Source: an uncultured delta proteobacterium
GTDB taxonomy: Bacteria; Desulfobacterota; Binatia; UBA9968
Reading direction: 5' to 3'
Assembly: GCA_963745835.1 (NCBI GenBank)
Contig: CAVUZH010000018.1
Coordinates: 96,001 to 160,000, forward strand
DNA: 64,000 bases
The notes beneath the pieces were generated by a model. It saw nothing but the letters and a program-made list of their open reading frames with translations. It searched no databases and had not been told where the DNA came from. The position numbers and the translations under genes were made by a program. Numbering within the stretch: position 1 is the stretch's first letter; each line of letters starts with the position of its first letter. Positions 31,380-42,183 of the stretch are shown here, piece after piece.

Positions 31380-32110
31380 TAGCTACAGATAAGTTCGTAT
31401 TTGCGCATCTACCACGGTCAGGCGGCACATTTGTTACTGCCGTGATCAAGAAGTTCTTTCCAACAGCTCGTGAAATCGGCCACCATTTGCCGCGGGAGCT
31501 TCTGCCCAAACAGTACTCCCGGCTTCCAGTTCTTGGTACTGTTCGGAACCCATGGGATTTTTATGTCTCACTATATCATTATCTCTGGCCGAAAGATGCC
31601 GCAAGCATATTGGTCTCCTGGATGACCGAGAGCGGCAAACTCGGATTTCAAGGTAGCCTTCGAAACCTGCTGAATCTCGGTGTCGACGACGGGCGTCTCG
31701 ATGTTTTGATCAAGATGCTGCCTGAGCGCCTTGACTACAGTAAGAGAAACATTCCTAGCGCTACCAAAGAGGCAATGGGAAAAGTTCGCGGCACCGGAAT
31801 CGGCTATTATACCTTCCGCTTCAATCAGATGTTCGCAAATGCGGACGATGTGTTTTTCTGTCGGCTTGAAACTCTGAGTCAGGATCTGGTCGTCTTCTTT
31901 GAGAGGATCGGCGCAAAGACGGATGAATTATGGCACTACGTGCATGGCGCTGATAAAGTTAACGCGGCTGAACACCTCCACTACTCGACTTATTATCCGC
32001 CGGAGCTTGCAGAATTAGTTTCAGTTCGCGACCGGCCATTGATTGAGAGATTTGGCTACGCCTTCCAGCAGACTCACGGAGCGCCAAACCTTCCCTATAA
32101 GAACACTTAA
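31376..32110 (+). CDS. PAPS-dependent sulfotransferase family protein
   Basis: FVFAHLPRSGGT (5'-PSB loop), VRNPWDFYVSLY (3'-PB), RLETL and C-terminal D..LIERFGY. Confidence 0.8.
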   Translation: MIATDKFVFAHLPRSGGTFVTAVIKKFFPTAREIGHHLPRELLPKQYSRLPVLGTVRNPWDFYVSLYHYLWPKDAASILVSWMTESGKLGFQGSLRNLLNLGVDDGRLDVLIKMLPERLDYSKRNIPSATKEAMGKVRGTGIGYYTFRFNQMFANADDVFFCRLETLSQDLVVFFERIGAKTDELWHYVHGADKVNAAEHLHYSTYYPPELAELVSVRDRPLIERFGYAFQQTHGAPNLPYKNT

Positions 32111-32235
32111 TAGGCCTTCTAAATGATAATTACAAACGAACGAGGAAAACCAGTTAAAGGATGGCTTTCAAATTGTAAGATCCCTGATGCACCGGCGATT
32201 TTCATCCGCGCCGGTTCAGACGATTTAGTAGAGAA

Positions 32236-33590
32236 ATGGAGAACATTGAACACATGCCTCCTGATGATATAGGCCAGCCGACGGGTTTTGTAAGACCCAT
32301 TAGCACAAAGAGAATTGGAGGGCCATCCCACGGAACCGCCGCTGCAGACCCGATTTTCTCGTCGGAACCGTTGATTGCTTATAGGTACGATAGCAATCTC
32401 GCCCGACAGGAGGAAGTAATATTCACCGTAAAGACGACCTTGCAGCTGGAAAAAAATGACTATCAGGCAGAGCATATAAAAAGGCCGAACCGGGGAGTGT
32501 TCGGACGGGAAGCAGCCCGTCCATATGTCTTCGGCATCGTGGCGGCATTTTCTCTTGGTCATGATCGATTAGATTGGAGCTTAGCCGAGGCGAATTGGGC
32601 TTTTTCTGCCGTCGAGCCGTATGGCGTGGACGCCAGGGGAAACAAAATGGGGTTGGCTACAGCTAAGTCCGTTCAGTTGATCGACATGGATACTGGAGAA
32701 GTGAGGTCTTGTCACAATCCTTGGCTCAACCAGTCACACACGGTCGAGTTTTCGCCGGATGGAAAGAAACTTTTGGTCGGATCGTCCGGTTTCGATGCGG
32801 TGTTCGAATTTGATACGGAGAGCGGAGAAGTCGTTTGGAAGTGGTTCGCGTGGGACCATGGTTTCACCGATCAAACCTGGGTCACTACGTCGTCCGTTCG
32901 GAAGACAAGGAAAGCGCTGGCCGCGATGCATCACGAAGTGATGTTGGTAGATGATCCCGCAAAGTATCCGAATTCGGCATCCCTACACGGCGAAAGCCGG
33001 CTCATCTCAATAGCGCCTGTTACGATTCGGATGGAAAGATCCTTGTAACTTTATTCCATCAAGGAGCGGGTTATGTTATCGACCGGAACAATGGTGAGAC
33101 CAGAGAAGTAATTTCCGGTCTTTCAAATCCCCACAAGCTTTCGCGGCGAAAAAGAGGAGGATACTTCATCTCGGATACCAAGGGGGGTAAAGTGATTTTT
33201 TTGGACGAAAAATATCGTCCTGAATACGAAGTCGCCCTCGCAGGAATGCCGGGGGTCGCACGATCGCCACAGTTATCGGAGTTCTTGCAGAACACGACCG
33301 AGTTGAGGGAAGATCTGTTCGCGTGCATCGATATCCACCGAAGCTCTCTCTGGCTCATCGACGTGAAACGTCGTAGATATCGCGGAATCAAGTTTCCTGT
33401 GGAGTGGTCGGTGCACGATATTGCGAGTCTCGGTCGAGAACATCGACTCCGTATAGGCAGCTTGGTCGGTACCCAATTCGGCAAAGTCGCTGCTTTCAGG
33501 CGGCAACTCAAAGTCATACATCATTTCTCAGTGGATGGCCGGGAAATCAAGGCTCTGGCTCTTGATAGCCAATCCGTCAGAGAAGGTTAG
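32236..33590 (+). CDS. Beta-propeller protein, arylsulfotransferase-like His motifs, frameshifted
   Basis: HTVEFSPDGKKLLV and FDTESGEVVWKW blades; shifted frame reads PAHLNSACYDSDGKILVTLFHQ...GLSNPH and joins ORF 33192-33590. Confidence 0.6.
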
Positions 33591-33842
33591 ACGGTTACTA
33601 GAAATCATCAGTGACATGAAACCTCGAGAAACCCCTAGCCTACGCAAACTGAATTAGTTTGCACCCTTTTGTCATACATAGCTAAAATTCTGAAATGGAT
33701 AGCGTAAAGCATATGCCGAGTCCATGAGTTTCGGTGTGCGCCGGAAATGTCAAACTACTTCTGCGACTCGTGCGCAATTCGAGTAGGCGCTTCAGATCAG
33801 CCATAAAGTTTGGAAGGCGTTAAAAGAACGAGGGAGCAATCC

Positions 33843-34838
33843 ATGAAAGAAAAACTTGTTGTTTTTAGTGGTTAGCTTATCTTTAGTGTCATCGGTTACG
33901 CCGAGGCTCAGCAGACGACGAAGGTCTTGCCCCGTATAGGGTTCATATCCCTTCAGGCCCTCCTGGGAGTCCCTCACCCCTGTTCAACGCATTCCAGCAA
34001 GGGTTGCGAGATCTGGGCTACATCGATGACAAAAATATCTCTATCGTACATCGGTATGCGGAGGGCAGATTAGATCGAATGCCCGCGCTCGTGAATGAGC
34101 TTGTTCAACAGAAAGTTGATGTGATTGTTGCGGTTAATAATGTGGCTAATCCGAGCCGCAAAAGAAGCGACGAAAACGATCCCTATTGTAATGGTGACTT
34201 CTGTTGATCCTGTTGAGGCTGGTTATGTGGATACCTTCGCACACCCGGGTGGGAATATTACTGGGCTTGCCAAGTCGCGCGCGATTTAAGTGCAAAGCGC
34301 GTGGAGTTGCTTAAAGAAGTGCTTCCCGAAGATGTCGCGACTTGGCGTTCTGTGGGATGCGGACGGTCCAGGACCGGCGGTCGCTTTCAAAGAGTATGAG
34401 GCGGCGGCTCGGGCGTTCAAATTAGAATTTCGATCGTTCGAGGTACGTGGCCCCAACCCGGATCTTCGTAGGAGCATTCCAAGCTGCAAAAGCATCGCGT
34501 GTGGATGCGCTTGTTGTCGTGGGAAACCCACTGATGGTCCCAGCACGCGAAGCAAGTTTTCGAATTGGCGGCAAAATATCGCTCACCGTCGCATGACTGA
34601 AGAAGCCCGATACGTAAATGCCGGCGGACTGATATCCTACGGCGCGAACCTGGCCGATTTATACCGGCGCAGCGCGGAGTACGTCGTCGAGATACTGAAA
34701 GGGGCTAAGCCCGCGCGATCTACCGAGTAAAGCTGCCCGGCAAAATTCGAAATTTTTATCAACCTTAAGACTTCGCAGCAACTTGGTCTTGTGATACCAC
34801 AGCACGTGCTAGTCCAAGCAGATAAGGTGATTAAGTAG
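33843..34838 (+). CDS. ABC transporter substrate-binding protein (ABC_sub_bind family), multiple frameshifts
   Basis: Signal peptide (AEA-QQ), F.QGLRDLGY, RYAEGRLDR, HPGGNITG, GGLISYG, EILKGAKP, FEIFINLKT...LGL and ADKVIK stop. Confidence 0.85.
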
Positions 34839-35105
34839 CCACCCGTCACCGCCTTTTTGCCACGCTACGGAAATTCGTCCACCTCGCCCTAGTTACAAGC
34901 TATTACGTCTCGAACAATAAACGGATTGCGATGAACAGATAAGAGCATCGAAATGCTTCCTTGAACTCTCGGTTTGAGACAAGTCTGTTCTTTTTGGACA
35001 TTGCTTGACATTTTTAGCCGCATTAACAGCTGACCTACCCATCACAAACTACATATTATCCTTCACTATGCGCTACTTATGAGCTCCCGAGGCTCCTGAG
35101 TAATA

Positions 35106-35120
35106 TGGCATCATTCCTGC
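35106..35120 (+). promoter_or_regulatory. Candidate sigma54 promoter
   Basis: TGGCATCATTCCTGC (GG-N10-GC), about 225 bp upstream of the kinase. Confidence 0.5.
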
Positions 35121-35344
35121 GGTTTAGGAGACTTTACGAGCCATGAATGTAGGGTTTCAATTCCTCAGTTGTTCCCAGAACGACTGATTACTCCTATTGG
35201 GAAATTCGTGCTGATTAGCAGGTACCGAAAAAAATCGAAAGCAGTGGATCGGAACTGATAGGAAGAAAGCGTGTACGGCGGCGCGCCCGCCGCGAAGCGA
35301 GCATTACCCTGGGTTCTCACCTTTTCAAGGAAATAGCATCATCC

Positions 35345-38294
35345 ATGGTGTTTCAAAAAATACAATCGGGTGTTCAGAATTTTTCGAAACTCATGCTAGA
35401 CGCTTTTCGAGGCGGCGGTATCCGGCGTCGCCTCATGCTGTGGGGCCTTAGCCTCTTTGGGATGGCACTTTTGGTTTTTGTCGTCGCCGGGCTATTCTTA
35501 TATGGCGAGACAGATCCGGCGAGACGCTGCTGCACTGCAGTCGGAGCTCGCCTCCGTCACGGGCGAGCAAATTCGCACCTTTGTTCGACGCAAGATCGAG
35601 CGGTTTTCGGATAACGCCAACGCCTTGAGTCTTTATCCGCTTGGGAGCAAAGAGCAACAGTTACTTCTTGGCCTATTGGTAAAAAACGACAGCAGCTTCA
35701 CTGACGCTTCTATTATCGATTCGCAAGGTATGGAGGTCGTAAAGGTGTCGGACAGAAGAGTTTATTTTCCTTCCGACCTAAGTGATCAGAGTAAATCGCC
35801 CAAATTCATCAAAGCACTCACAGGCGAAGACTTTATAAGCCGAGTCTACACTTCGCCGCAAGCCCAGCCCTACGTCACACTGGCGATCCCGCTCTGGGGC
35901 GCGGCGCAGAGCGTCGCCGGGGTGGTTTCGGCCGAAGCCGATCTCTCCTTTCTGTGGGAAGCGATTGGAAAGATTCAATTCGGGACTGCAGGCTACGCCT
36001 ACTTAGTAGATGAGAATGGAAATCTCATCGCTCATAAAGATGCGCACGCTGGTATTAAAGCGGATGAACCTCCGAGAAGTCGATGGAGTCAAAAAATTTT
36101 TACGCAACCCCACGCGTTCGGATCCCACTCCCGCTGAGCGAAGGGAGGGGGTTGACTGGACAGCGCTGTGTTGGTCACGTATGCGCCAGTTCCTGAGTTA
36201 GGCTGGGCGGTTATTCTAGAGGAACCCGTCGATGCAGCGTTAGCCAACGTGGAAATAGCAAAGCGCTCAGCTCTTGTGTTCCTGGTGGTGGGTCTGTTCG
36301 TCGGAGCTGCTATTATCGCTTGGGTTAGCCAAAAGACTACTAGACCGATACAAGAACTACGACAACATGTCGCGACGATTGGAGCCGGCAATCTCGAACA
36401 CAGAGCCGATATCAAAACCGGCGACGAAATCGAGGAATTAGCTGCTGAGTTTAACAAGATGACCGACGCTCTCCAAAACTCGTACGCGACTTTGGAACAA
36501 AAGGTGGACCAGAGAACCAAGGAAATTTCGGCTCTCTATAGCGTCACCACAGCAGTAAACCAATCCTTGACTCTTGAAGATATCGCGGACGCAGTCATCG
36601 CAAAGATAACAGAGATATTCCACTTCGAGACTACGCGGGTTTTTCTTTTTAACCACGAGACGGATGAATTAGAGTTGCGGGCATCTTTCGAATTAGACAC
36701 GAATCACTCAGCCGGAGTCCGCACATACAAGCGTGGGCAAGGCATAGTTGGTCGCGTTGCCGATTCCGGCGAGCCAATGATTTTCGAAGATATCGCGACT
36801 GATCCACGCTATGCTGCACTGAGCAGGAGTAAAGCGACGGATAAAGCTAGGCGCAGTTTTTTTGCGGTGTTCCCAATCAAGACGCAGTCCCGGGTCTTCG
36901 GCACGATACTTTTTAACGCCCGCTCTCCGCGAAAGCTGACGACCGATGAAACGCGCTTGCTTACATCGATGTCAGAGCATCTTGCCGTCGCTTTTGAAAA
37001 GGCCAGCTTGTTCCGCCAATCGGAGACCAGGTCTCAGCAGCTTTCCGTTCTTAACACGATTGGTACGGCGGTTAGCCAGTCACTGAATCTCGAAATTGTT
37101 CTAAGCGAGGCCATCGAAAAAATGGTTGAAGCCCTCGATTTTGATGCGTGTTGGATTTACATTCGAGACCCAATTGAAGAAGTACTACGGCTTGAGGCTT
37201 ACAAAGGTCTCGACGAAGACTTGGCTCGCTCCATGGATCGCCGAAAATTTTCAGCCGGAATTAGCGGTAATATCTTTCAAACAGGCGAACGAATGGTGTT
37301 TGAAGACATTCGGAATGATGCAAAGTACCAGCGACTGACGTCTCGCAATAAGATTGGCACCGCCGGATTTTCAAGCGGAGCTGGGTTCCCGATCAAGGCC
37401 AAGCAGAAAGTCATTGGAGTTTTACATCTTGCCAGCAAAGCAAAGCGCCGCTTCGTTTCCGACGAACTTAAACTCATCGAGTCCATAGCTCAGGAAATAG
37501 GTGTCGCCGCCGAAAATGCGCGGCTCTTCGAGCAAGTGAACGAAAAGACCGCTGAGCTAGGGCAGATGAACGAGGAGCTACAACAGGCGAACCGGGCCAA
37601 ATCTGAATTTATCGCCGCTATGTCGCATGAGCTCCGAACGCCACTCAACGTCATCATGGGTAATGCAGAGCTAACCGGTGACGGATTTTTTGGAGACATC
37701 AATCCTCAACAGAAAAAATCTATGATGCAGATCCGCCATCATTCTCAATTTCTGCTTAAAATGGTCAATGATGTGTTGGCGTTGTCGCGGCTGGACGCCA
37801 AAAAGATGTCCATTGAACTTGCAGCCGTCGATATCGAGGACTTAGTCGCTCACGCACAAAGCCAGATCGAGCAACTTAATCGACATAATCGTTTGCAAGT
37901 ATCCTGGGATGTGGAACCGCAGTTGCCCACCATCGTCACGGATGTAACTAAGTTAGAGGAGATTTTGCAGAACCTGATCGGTAATGCTTTCAAGTTTACT
38001 CCACGAGGCCGAATCCAGCTAAAAGTTAGAAATCTTCACGAGCTTCAGCGTGTTGAGTTTAGTGTCGCTGATACAGGGATAGGGATCGAAGCGCAAGATA
38101 TCGATAGAATCTTCGCCGCCTTCGAGCAAATAAGGGAGGCGCACACTGGAGAATATAATGGCGTCGGTCTCGGGTTAAATATTGTGAAAAAATACCTTGA
38201 TCTAATGAAAGGCGATATTCGCGTCGAGAGTCATCCCGGTGAAGGAACAACATTCACTTTTTCCGTACCTCATTCTCTTGGGCTCGATTCTTAA
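35345..38294 (+). CDS. Sensor histidine kinase (dCache-HAMP-GAF-GAF-HisKA-HATPase), frameshifted in the 5' third
   Basis: Cache-like GYAYLVDENGNLIAH, HAMP DEIEELA, two GAFs, MSHELRTPL, NAFKFT and GLGL; shifts near 35490 and 36050-36165. Confidence 0.88.
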
Positions 38295-38495
38295 GAGCAC
38301 GTGCAATTAACAACAAACCTATCGAACGATAGAAGACATAAACCTACCAATTTTTGATTACGGAGACGGCGGACCGCCTCTAGGTTAACTTGTGGAGGAG
38401 CTGTCGCTCACGAGCTGACGGGTTGCACCCTCTGATGACAAGCCAGGTCTAAGCTCAACTGCGTGTGAATGATCCCAGCATCTGGTGGAAAGAAA

Positions 38496-38572
38496 TGGTC
38501 GGGGCGAGTGGATTCGAACCACCGGCCTCACGGTCCCGAACCGTGCGCTCTACCAAGCTGAGCCACGCCCCG
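38496..38572 (-). tRNA. tRNA-Pro(CGG)
   Basis: Reverse complement CGGGGCGTGGCTCAGCTTGGTAGAGCGCACGGTTCGGGACCGTGAGGCCGGTGGTTCGAATCCACTCGCCCCGACCA; anticodon stem CACGG/CCGTG, GTTCGAA T-loop, encoded CCA. Confidence 0.97.
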
Positions 38573-38614
38573 ACCCGCTATAAGTAACACACGCAAAGTA
38601 GAAAACAACAGGGA

Positions 38615-39280
38615 TTACGATTGGCCGACCGCTTGACGCATGCGGCGAATGGTGTCGCTGTAACTAGCGGTTTTAAAAATGCCGGAACCCGAGACGATCA
38701 CTTCGGCGCCGGCGCGTACAACCAAGTTAATGTTGTCTGCTTTGATCCCCCCATCTGCTTCGATCAGGATTGGCAGTTTTTCCTTTTCAATTTTGCTTCT
38801 CACCTGTTCGATCTTGGGCAAAACATCAGCAATAAAAGCCTGACCGGCAAATCCAGGGAACACCGTCATCATGAGAATCATGTCGATATCCGGAAAGCTG
38901 CCCTCGACGTTTTCAATGGCGATGTCAGGATTCACAGCAATAGCCGCTTTGGCTCCTAGTTTACGAATTTTTTGCAAGCTTTCAGATAGCTTCTTAGTCG
39001 TATTCGGATGGATCGATACCCAATCGGCGCCTGCCTTGATGAATTCAGGAGCGTATTTGTCCGGATCGGTAATCATAAGATGAACGTCCAGAGGCATCTT
39101 TGTCACCTTTCTAACGGACTCGACCACTACCGGCCCAACAGTGATGTTCGGTACGAAGTGACCGTCCATGACATCTATGTGAAGCCAGTCAGCGCCAGCG
39201 GCTTCAATTGTCTGAATTTCATCTTTGAGCCGGCTGAAATCTGCACTAAGTATAGATGGGGCGATTTTTATTGACTCCAT
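38615..39280 (-). CDS. rpe: Ribulose-phosphate 3-epimerase
   Basis: IAPSILSADF, HIDVMDGHFVPN, DVHLM and DGGI motifs. Confidence 0.97.
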   Translation of the reverse strand: MESIKIAPSILSADFSRLKDEIQTIEAAGADWLHIDVMDGHFVPNITVGPVVVESVRKVTKMPLDVHLMITDPDKYAPEFIKAGADWVSIHPNTTKKLSESLQKIRKLGAKAAIAVNPDIAIENVEGSFPDIDMILMMTVFPGFAGQAFIADVLPKIEQVRSKIEKEKLPILIEADGGIKADNINLVVRAGAEVIVSGSGIFKTASYSDTIRRMRQAVGQS

Positions 39281-40648
39281 TTACGTGACCCTTCGCAAGC
39301 GCGCCGCGAAAAAGCCGTCAGTATCATGCTTATGGGGCAGCGCCATAAAATACCTCTCCTTGACGAGCTGCTTCGCTTGATCCGGAAGATAACTTGCAGC
39401 GTTCTCTAAAACAAATCCTCTATGGCTGGCAAGAAATTCATTCACAATGTTTTCGTTCTCATGAGCGGTGAGTGTGCAAGTTGAATATACTAAAACGCCT
39501 TCAGCTTTGAGGTAACTGGCCGCTTGCCCGAGAATTTTTCGTTGCAACTCGCTGAGCCTGAGGACATCGCGGATGTCGCGATTCCATTTTATTTCCGGAT
39601 GGGACCGCAGAGTTCCCAGACCGCTACAGGGAGCATCGACGAGGATGCGATCATAGGTTGCTTGTTGTCTTACAGCTACTTGTCTGGTCATGTCGGCTTG
39701 TATCCCACGGATCGACTTGAGCTCTAGACGAATGGCATTTTCACGAATCTTCGCCACACCTTTGGGCGATCTATCGATGGCTGTGACTTGGCCTTTGTCA
39801 TCCATGAGCTCTGCAATATGGGTCGTTTTGCCGCCGGGCGCCGCGCATGCGTCGAGAATCTTCTCGTCTGATTGCGGATCAAGTAGATAGCCAACCAGTT
39901 GCGACGCTTCACCTTGAACTTGGAAGAATCCTTCCTGATGACCGCGTTAATCGATGAATCGGGACCTGCGAACTGCAGCAACAATACCGTGTGGCGACCA
40001 AGTGGTCGGTAGCGCTTCAATGCCGTGCGTTTCAAACTCCCTCAGCAAAGCCTGTCGATTAATTCGACGAATATTTGCTCGCAGTACCAGAGGAGCTTGG
40101 CGGTTGTTAGCTTCCAGCAGCGCCGTAATGTTAGCCTTGCCTAGATACTCAATCCACTCGTTGATCAACCACTCTGGATACGACCAGTAATCGGCAAGTG
40201 CCGCGACCCCGCAGCTGTCCGGGTTGGGCACCGTTTCGGTTCTCTTAGTGCGAATGAAATTACGAACGATCCCATTCACAAAGCCACTTACGCGACTACC
40301 CGCGTGCATCTTCGCCAGAGTCACGGCTTCGTTAAGGGCAGCGTACTCCGGTACCCGATCAAGAAAGCTAATCTGATAGAGAGTGACCCGGAGAAGATTT
40401 TTAATAAACGGATCAGTTTCCTCGAAAGAACGGCGCGTAAGCTGCTTCAGATGGAGATCTATTCTGCCTCGCCAGCGCAAGGTTCCATAAACGATTTCGG
40501 TTAACAGAGATCGGTCTCTCGCTGACATACCGCCCGTTTGGAGTGCCTGATCCAGGAGGATGTCGGCGTAAGCTTTATCAAGCTCAACTCTGACGAGAAT
40601 ATCAACCGCTTGTTTGCGGACATTCTCGCTTCTCTCAAACGTGGTCAC
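39281..40648 (-). CDS. rsmB: 16S rRNA m5C967 methyltransferase, frameshifted near 39950-39985
   Basis: NusB-like N-terminus, FQVQGEASQ, DACAAPGGKT, DAPCSGLG and YSTC; def-fmt-rsmB-rpe synteny. Confidence 0.92.
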
Positions 40649-41573
40649 CTGCCGTAATCCGCGCTCCTTTTATAAACTCCACCCCGGGAACCCGCTTTTT
40701 ATTTTCTAATTGGACCTCTTCAAGAGAGAGCGTGCCGCATCCGGTTGCAATCCAAAACCCGCCGGTGTCTGCTCTAATTATTTCACCAGGATTGCCTGAC
40801 CTATTCGTTTGAATTGGAGTTGCACGGTGAATTTTTAGGAGTTTCCCGTTGAGGTGAGTATACGCTGATGGCCAGGGGGTAAAGGCGCGGACACGGCGCT
40901 CAATAGACAGCGCCGGTTGGGTCCAATCGACTAAGCCGTCCTCTTTCTTAATCATCGGTGCAAAGGTCACACACGCCTCGTCTTGACGCTGCGGCTGAAG
41001 AGAGTTGCTCTTAAGCCCGCGTATCGTTTTCAGCAGTAAGCGGCCCCCGAGGGGAGCCAGCTTAGCTTGCAACGAAGCTGTCGTTTCATGCTCACCAACT
41101 TGGATTTCTTCTTGAAGGTAGATCGGCCCAGCATCTAGTTGTTCAACAAGTTGCATGGTGGAGACTCCGGTTTTTTCTTCTCCATTGATGATCGTCCAAG
41201 TGACAGGCGCTGCACCACGATATTTAGGCAAAAGAGAATAGTGTACGTTCAAACATCCACCTGGGGACAGATCCAAGATCGACTTGGGGAGAATGCGTCC
41301 AAAAGCTACGACCACGATAATGTGAGGATTCCATGATCTCAGCGCGTCGCAAAAAACCGGATCGCGAATCTTCATGGGTGTAATCACTGGAATCCCCTGG
41401 CTCTCCGCCATGCGGCGGACTGGAGACGGCCTGCTTTGCTGTCCTCTGCCTGTGGGACGGTCGGGTTGCGTGACCACGCCGATAACAGGATCGGAACCAT
41501 CGATCAGCATTTGCAAGCTGACAGCGGCGATCTCCGGAGTTCCCATAAATACGATGGGCCAAGAAGAAGACAT
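40635..41573 (-). CDS. fmt: Methionyl-tRNA formyltransferase
   Basis: FMGTP, VTQPDRP, NVHYSLLPKYRGAAP and LDAG motifs. Confidence 0.97.
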   Translation of the reverse strand: MSSSWPIVFMGTPEIAAVSLQMLIDGSDPVIGVVTQPDRPTGRGQQSRPSPVRRMAESQGIPVITPMKIRDPVFCDALRSWNPHIIVVVAFGRILPKSILDLSPGGCLNVHYSLLPKYRGAAPVTWTIINGEEKTGVSTMQLVEQLDAGPIYLQEEIQVGEHETTASLQAKLAPLGGRLLLKTIRGLKSNSLQPQRQDEACVTFAPMIKKEDGLVDWTQPALSIERRVRAFTPWPSAYTHLNGKLLKIHRATPIQTNRSGNPGEIIRADTGGFWIATGCGTLSLEEVQLENKKRVPGVEFIKGARITAGDHV

Positions 41574-41633
41574 GAAAGGATCGCCTGAGCGACTCTCCTT
41601 TGATTTTTCGGCTGCGGCTTTCTGGAAGGCAGT

Positions 41634-42173
41634 TTAGATCATGACCTGCGCCGATTCGGATGGCTCGATCCCGCTGCGCAACATCTTCTTCCGACGGCGT
41701 GTGTAGAGATCGCGTTTTAACCGACTGATACGGTCGATGAACAATTTTCCATCCAAATGATCGATCTCATGTTGAAGCGCCACAGCGAGCAAACCCTCCG
41801 CCTCTATCGTTCGTTCTTTTCCGTGTTCGTCTAGCGCCACGACTTGTACATGTTCGGCGCGGCGTACTTCAGCCGTAAAATCGACGACGCTCAAGCACCC
41901 TTCCTCCCAAACCAGTTGCCCCTCGGAGTGAGTGATGACAGGATTGACCAATTTGTAGACGTTAGTTCGTGGATTTTCGTGGTCCACGTCCAGAACAACG
42001 ATCCGCTGCAGCACTCCGACCTGTGTTGCGGCTAAACCAACACCGGGTGCGGCATACATCGTTTCAAGCATGTCACTGATCAGTTGAACGGTAGCATCGG
42101 TGACATTCGATATCGGGCGTGCCACTTTTGAGAGCCGTGGATCGGGATATTTCAGAATTTCTAATAGAGCCAT
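41634..42173 (-). CDS. def: Peptide deformylase
   Basis: GVGLAATQ, EGCLS and QHEIDHLDG motifs; start at ATG 42173. Confidence 0.97.
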   Translation of the reverse strand: MALLEILKYPDPRLSKVARPISNVTDATVQLISDMLETMYAAPGVGLAATQVGVLQRIVVLDVDHENPRTNVYKLVNPVITHSEGQLVWEEGCLSVVDFTAEVRRAEHVQVVALDEHGKERTIEAEGLLAVALQHEIDHLDGKLFIDRISRLKRDLYTRRRKKMLRSGIEPSESAQVMI

Positions 42174-42183
42174 ACCTATATTT

